From a virus, in the IMG/VR virus record IMGVR_UViG_3300029523_000035, positions 1-16,058 of that record: a stretch of DNA of 16,058 nt; one strand, 5' to 3'. The notes below the pieces were generated by a model that saw nothing but the letters and a program-made list of their open reading frames with translations, did not search any database and was not told the DNA's origin. The position numbers and the translations under genes were made by a program. Positions 14,292 to 16,058 of the stretch are shown piece by piece (the first letter of the stretch is position 1; every line of letters starts with the position of its first letter).

Positions 14292-14486
14292 TTAGTTACC
14301 CTCCTTTTGCACCTTTCTTAATAATAATCCGTGAGGTACACGGGTATATTCAATGCTGTCTCCCGGGTGGATGTCTAAATCTCGGATTGCTTCTTTTGGT
14401 ATCATGACACGGGCGGTGTAACCGCCTGTGCCTCCTTTCGTAAACATAACTTTGTAACGCAATAATTGATTTGTTAATTTTGCCAT
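14292..14486 (-). CDS. AbrB/SpoVT-family DNA-binding protein (putative transcriptional regulator)
   Basis: 64 aa. ARVMIPKEAIRDLDIHPGDSIEY...LLLRKV fits the swapped-hairpin SpoVT-AbrB signature (vtIPkeiRd.LgikeGD.ve). It occupies the slot of phi29 gene 4 (regulator p4), just upstream of the terminal protein gene. Confidence 0.7.
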   Translation of the reverse strand: MAKLTNQLLRYKVMFTKGGTGGYTARVMIPKEAIRDLDIHPGDSIEYTRVPHGLLLRKVQKEGN

Positions 14487-14496
14487 ATTTTCCTCC

Positions 14497-14961
14497 TTAT
14501 AATATGTTAAATACTTTCCATGTAAATTCTGAAAAGTGTTCTGCTATGAATGATACAGAAGATAAGAAAAGATATAGTAAAAATGTTGCCATAATTATAA
14601 CCGATAAGATTCCCAAAAAAGATGATATTTTTTCTAATTTGGTAAATGGCTCTTTTTCTTCTGTAGTTGTATGCCTTGCTATCCATTCTGTAGGATTTTC
14701 ATGCAATGTTTCACGTGAAACATTATCTGAATCGATTTTATGATTTTGAAATGTCTCTATATAGTCTTTATTTCCCTTAGTATCAATGGTATAGGCTTCT
14801 CCATCAAAACCCACATAAATGTTTTTATTAGTATACAAATTTTCTACCCAGTAGGGTTCGTCTACAAATAAGGCTATGTAGTTGTTTAGTGAGTTTTCAG
14901 TGTGAAAGTCGTGTATTTCTACACCAAAATCTGTGATATTATGTAATCTGTATTTAATCAT
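14497..14961 (-). CDS. Early membrane-anchored protein of unknown function
   Basis: 154 aa; RBS AAGGAGAGG. It has a C-terminal hydrophobic segment (ISSFLGILSVIIMATFLLYLFLSSVSF). It contains an in-frame parS palindrome (coding NVSRET). Confidence 0.6.
   Translation of the reverse strand: MIKYRLHNITDFGVEIHDFHTENSLNNYIALFVDEPYWVENLYTNKNIYVGFDGEAYTIDTKGNKDYIETFQNHKIDSDNVSRETLHENPTEWIARHTTTEEKEPFTKLEKISSFLGILSVIIMATFLLYLFLSSVSFIAEHFSEFTWKVFNIL
14706..14723. promoter_or_regulatory. parS: parS-type site (perfect 18-bp palindrome), intragenic
   Basis: ATGTTTCACGTGAAACAT inside the 154-aa early gene. Confidence 0.8.
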
Positions 14962-15379
14962 TTTTACCTCTCCTTAAAAATCTTGAATAATATCTTGTTC
15001 CCCATATATCGTCTATAGAATTTAAAATATCCTCATATTTACTATAGTCTACGTCATTAATTTGTTGACATAATGTTGCCACTCTGCCCCATTGAATATG
15101 AAAACTATCTCTAGCATTATCATATAAACCCCCTAACACATCTTTAAAAAATTCAATTAATTCTACACTAATACTTGTACTAAATATATATAATTCATCT
15201 TTAATATAAAAACAATAACAAGTATTATCTATTGAAACCGTAACAATAGAATCTTTAGTGCTATACCTCTGCACTATTGTTAATAAGGATTCGTCTGTGT
15301 ATAACGCCTCACTTCTAACTATGTGCCCTGTATTAGAATTAATTACAACGACTTTAACTCTATTAATTTCTTCGTTCAT
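14954..15379 (-). CDS. Hypothetical early protein (141 aa)
   Basis: RBS AAAGGAGGTAT. Its stop overlaps the next start (ATGA-type coupling). No motif recognised. Confidence 0.6.
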   Translation of the reverse strand: MNEEINRVKVVVINSNTGHIVRSEALYTDESLLTIVQRYSTKDSIVTVSIDNTCYCFYIKDELYIFSTSISVELIEFFKDVLGGLYDNARDSFHIQWGRVATLCQQINDVDYSKYEDILNSIDDIWGTRYYSRFLRRGKND

Positions 15380-15395
15380 TTTTTATACCTCCTTT

Positions 15396-15695
15396 TTAAC
15401 ATAAATCATCTATACTATTATTAACAAACTCTAATTTCTCACATACAAATTTCTTACAATATAATCTACCATCACTTGTTACAATAAAAATATCACTAAT
15501 ATGTGTAGACGCATCTTCGATAAAATATACAATCACGTCAAATAATTTATCGTCTAATGATAATGTTGTGTGCAATGTCTCATTTGCTTTATCTTTTAAA
15601 TAATCAATAAAGCCATCAACAGTGCTAGACTTCATAATATCACAAAGTTCCTCACCAAAGCTATCCCATATTTTTTCGTCATATTTAATCTTCAT
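15396..15695 (-). CDS. Hypothetical early protein (99 aa, acidic)
   Basis: RBS AAAGGAGGAAT; tightly packed in the early operon. No motif recognised. Confidence 0.6.
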   Translation of the reverse strand: MKIKYDEKIWDSFGEELCDIMKSSTVDGFIDYLKDKANETLHTTLSLDDKLFDVIVYFIEDASTHISDIFIVTSDGRLYCKKFVCEKLEFVNNSIDDLC

Positions 15696-15697
15696 TT

Positions 15698-15916
15698 TTA
15701 TTCCTCCTTTTCATAGTATCTTTTTTCCCAACAAGCATATAATTCACGTAGTCTGTTTTCTTCATTATCTCGCTCTACATCTGTAAAGTCTGATAACTCT
15801 AAATAGGCTGATATCCTGCCCATTTGCATTATGAAAGCTACTAAAGCTTTATCATACTTCCCTAACTCAATGTCTTGTTTAAATGTGTCATAAAATAATT
15901 GATACTTTTCATTCAT
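15698..15916 (-). CDS. Hypothetical early protein (72 aa)
   Basis: First gene after the right-end promoter; RBS AAGGAGGGA. No motif recognised. Confidence 0.6.
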   Translation of the reverse strand: MNEKYQLFYDTFKQDIELGKYDKALVAFIMQMGRISAYLELSDFTDVERDNEENRLRELYACWEKRYYEKEE

Positions 15917-15963
15917 TATTTTTTCCCTCCTTATATTTACTAGGTTTCCTTGTTTCTATAATT

Positions 15964-15992
15964 ATAATACCACACGCCTGTTCGTTTGTCAA
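15964..15992 (-). promoter_or_regulatory. Right-end early sigma-A promoter
   Basis: On the minus strand: TTGACA (15992-15987), 17-nt spacer, TATTAT (15969-15964). The -35 lies 1 nt inside the ITR boundary, and the A-rich inner ITR could serve as an UP element. Confidence 0.7.
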
Positions 15993-15993
15993 G

Positions 15994-16058
15994 TATTTTT
16001 TCGTGCTTTTTTAATCAAAAGGGGGTCGTGGTCTCATTGGGAATAACGAAAGCCCTCT
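15994..16058. repeat. Right inverted terminal repeat (65 bp)
   Basis: Reverse complement of nt 1-65 with one mismatch (16026). Confidence 0.95.

Noticed and set aside
1-16058. CRISPR arrays, tRNA or rRNA genes, integrase, transposase or other mobile-element genes, and lysogeny modules
   Set aside because: No spaced direct repeats, cloverleaf-like segments or recombinase motifs were seen. The only repeats are the ITRs, the parS palindromes, the ~75-bp promoter cassette duplication and the intragenic fibre repeats.

Overview
The window starts and ends with a 65-bp inverted terminal repeat (64/65 identical), so it looks like a complete 16,058-bp linear genome of a small protein-primed, phi29-like podophage (Salasmaviridae/Picovirinae type) from a low-GC Firmicute. 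All credible genes are on the minus strand.

Gene order from the right end leftwards:
- four small early genes of unknown function
- an AbrB/SpoVT-like regulator
- a putative terminal protein
- a protein-primed family-B DNA polymerase
- a short polB-derived relic ORF flanked by a duplicated promoter-bearing repeat
- two small early proteins, then a terminator
- a gp16-like packaging ATPase
- a 164-bp non-coding region
- a BhlA/UviB-type holin and a GH25 endolysin
- a tail peptidoglycan hydrolase
- scaffold and a gp8-like capsid protein
- a start-less small ORF
- gp9-like tail knob, gp10-like portal, lower collar and two fibre proteins, then a terminator

No integrase, tRNA or CRISPR array was seen.

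Main hunt results:
1. An 18-bp perfect palindrome, ATGTTTCACGTGAAACAT, occurs five times, with two more 14/16 copies. Its 16-bp core is identical to the universal chromosomal parS (ParB/Spo0J-binding) consensus. The phage encodes no ParB. Several copies abut promoters, ribosome-binding sites or a terminator.
2. A promoter-to-terminator unit of about 150 nt next to the packaging ATPase gene has no ORF and folds into a long end-to-end helix plus a hairpin. It is a candidate pRNA-like or structured RNA.
3. A canonical -1 slippery heptamer, A_AAT_TTT, lies four codons before the capsid stop. The -1 frame is open into the downstream start-less ORF, which suggests a frameshifted capsid extension.
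4. The mini-ORF between two copies of a ~75-bp repeat keeps DNA polymerase motifs B and C and is interrupted at an A6 run.

All functional calls rest on by-eye motif recognition and synteny with phi29. No database search was run.
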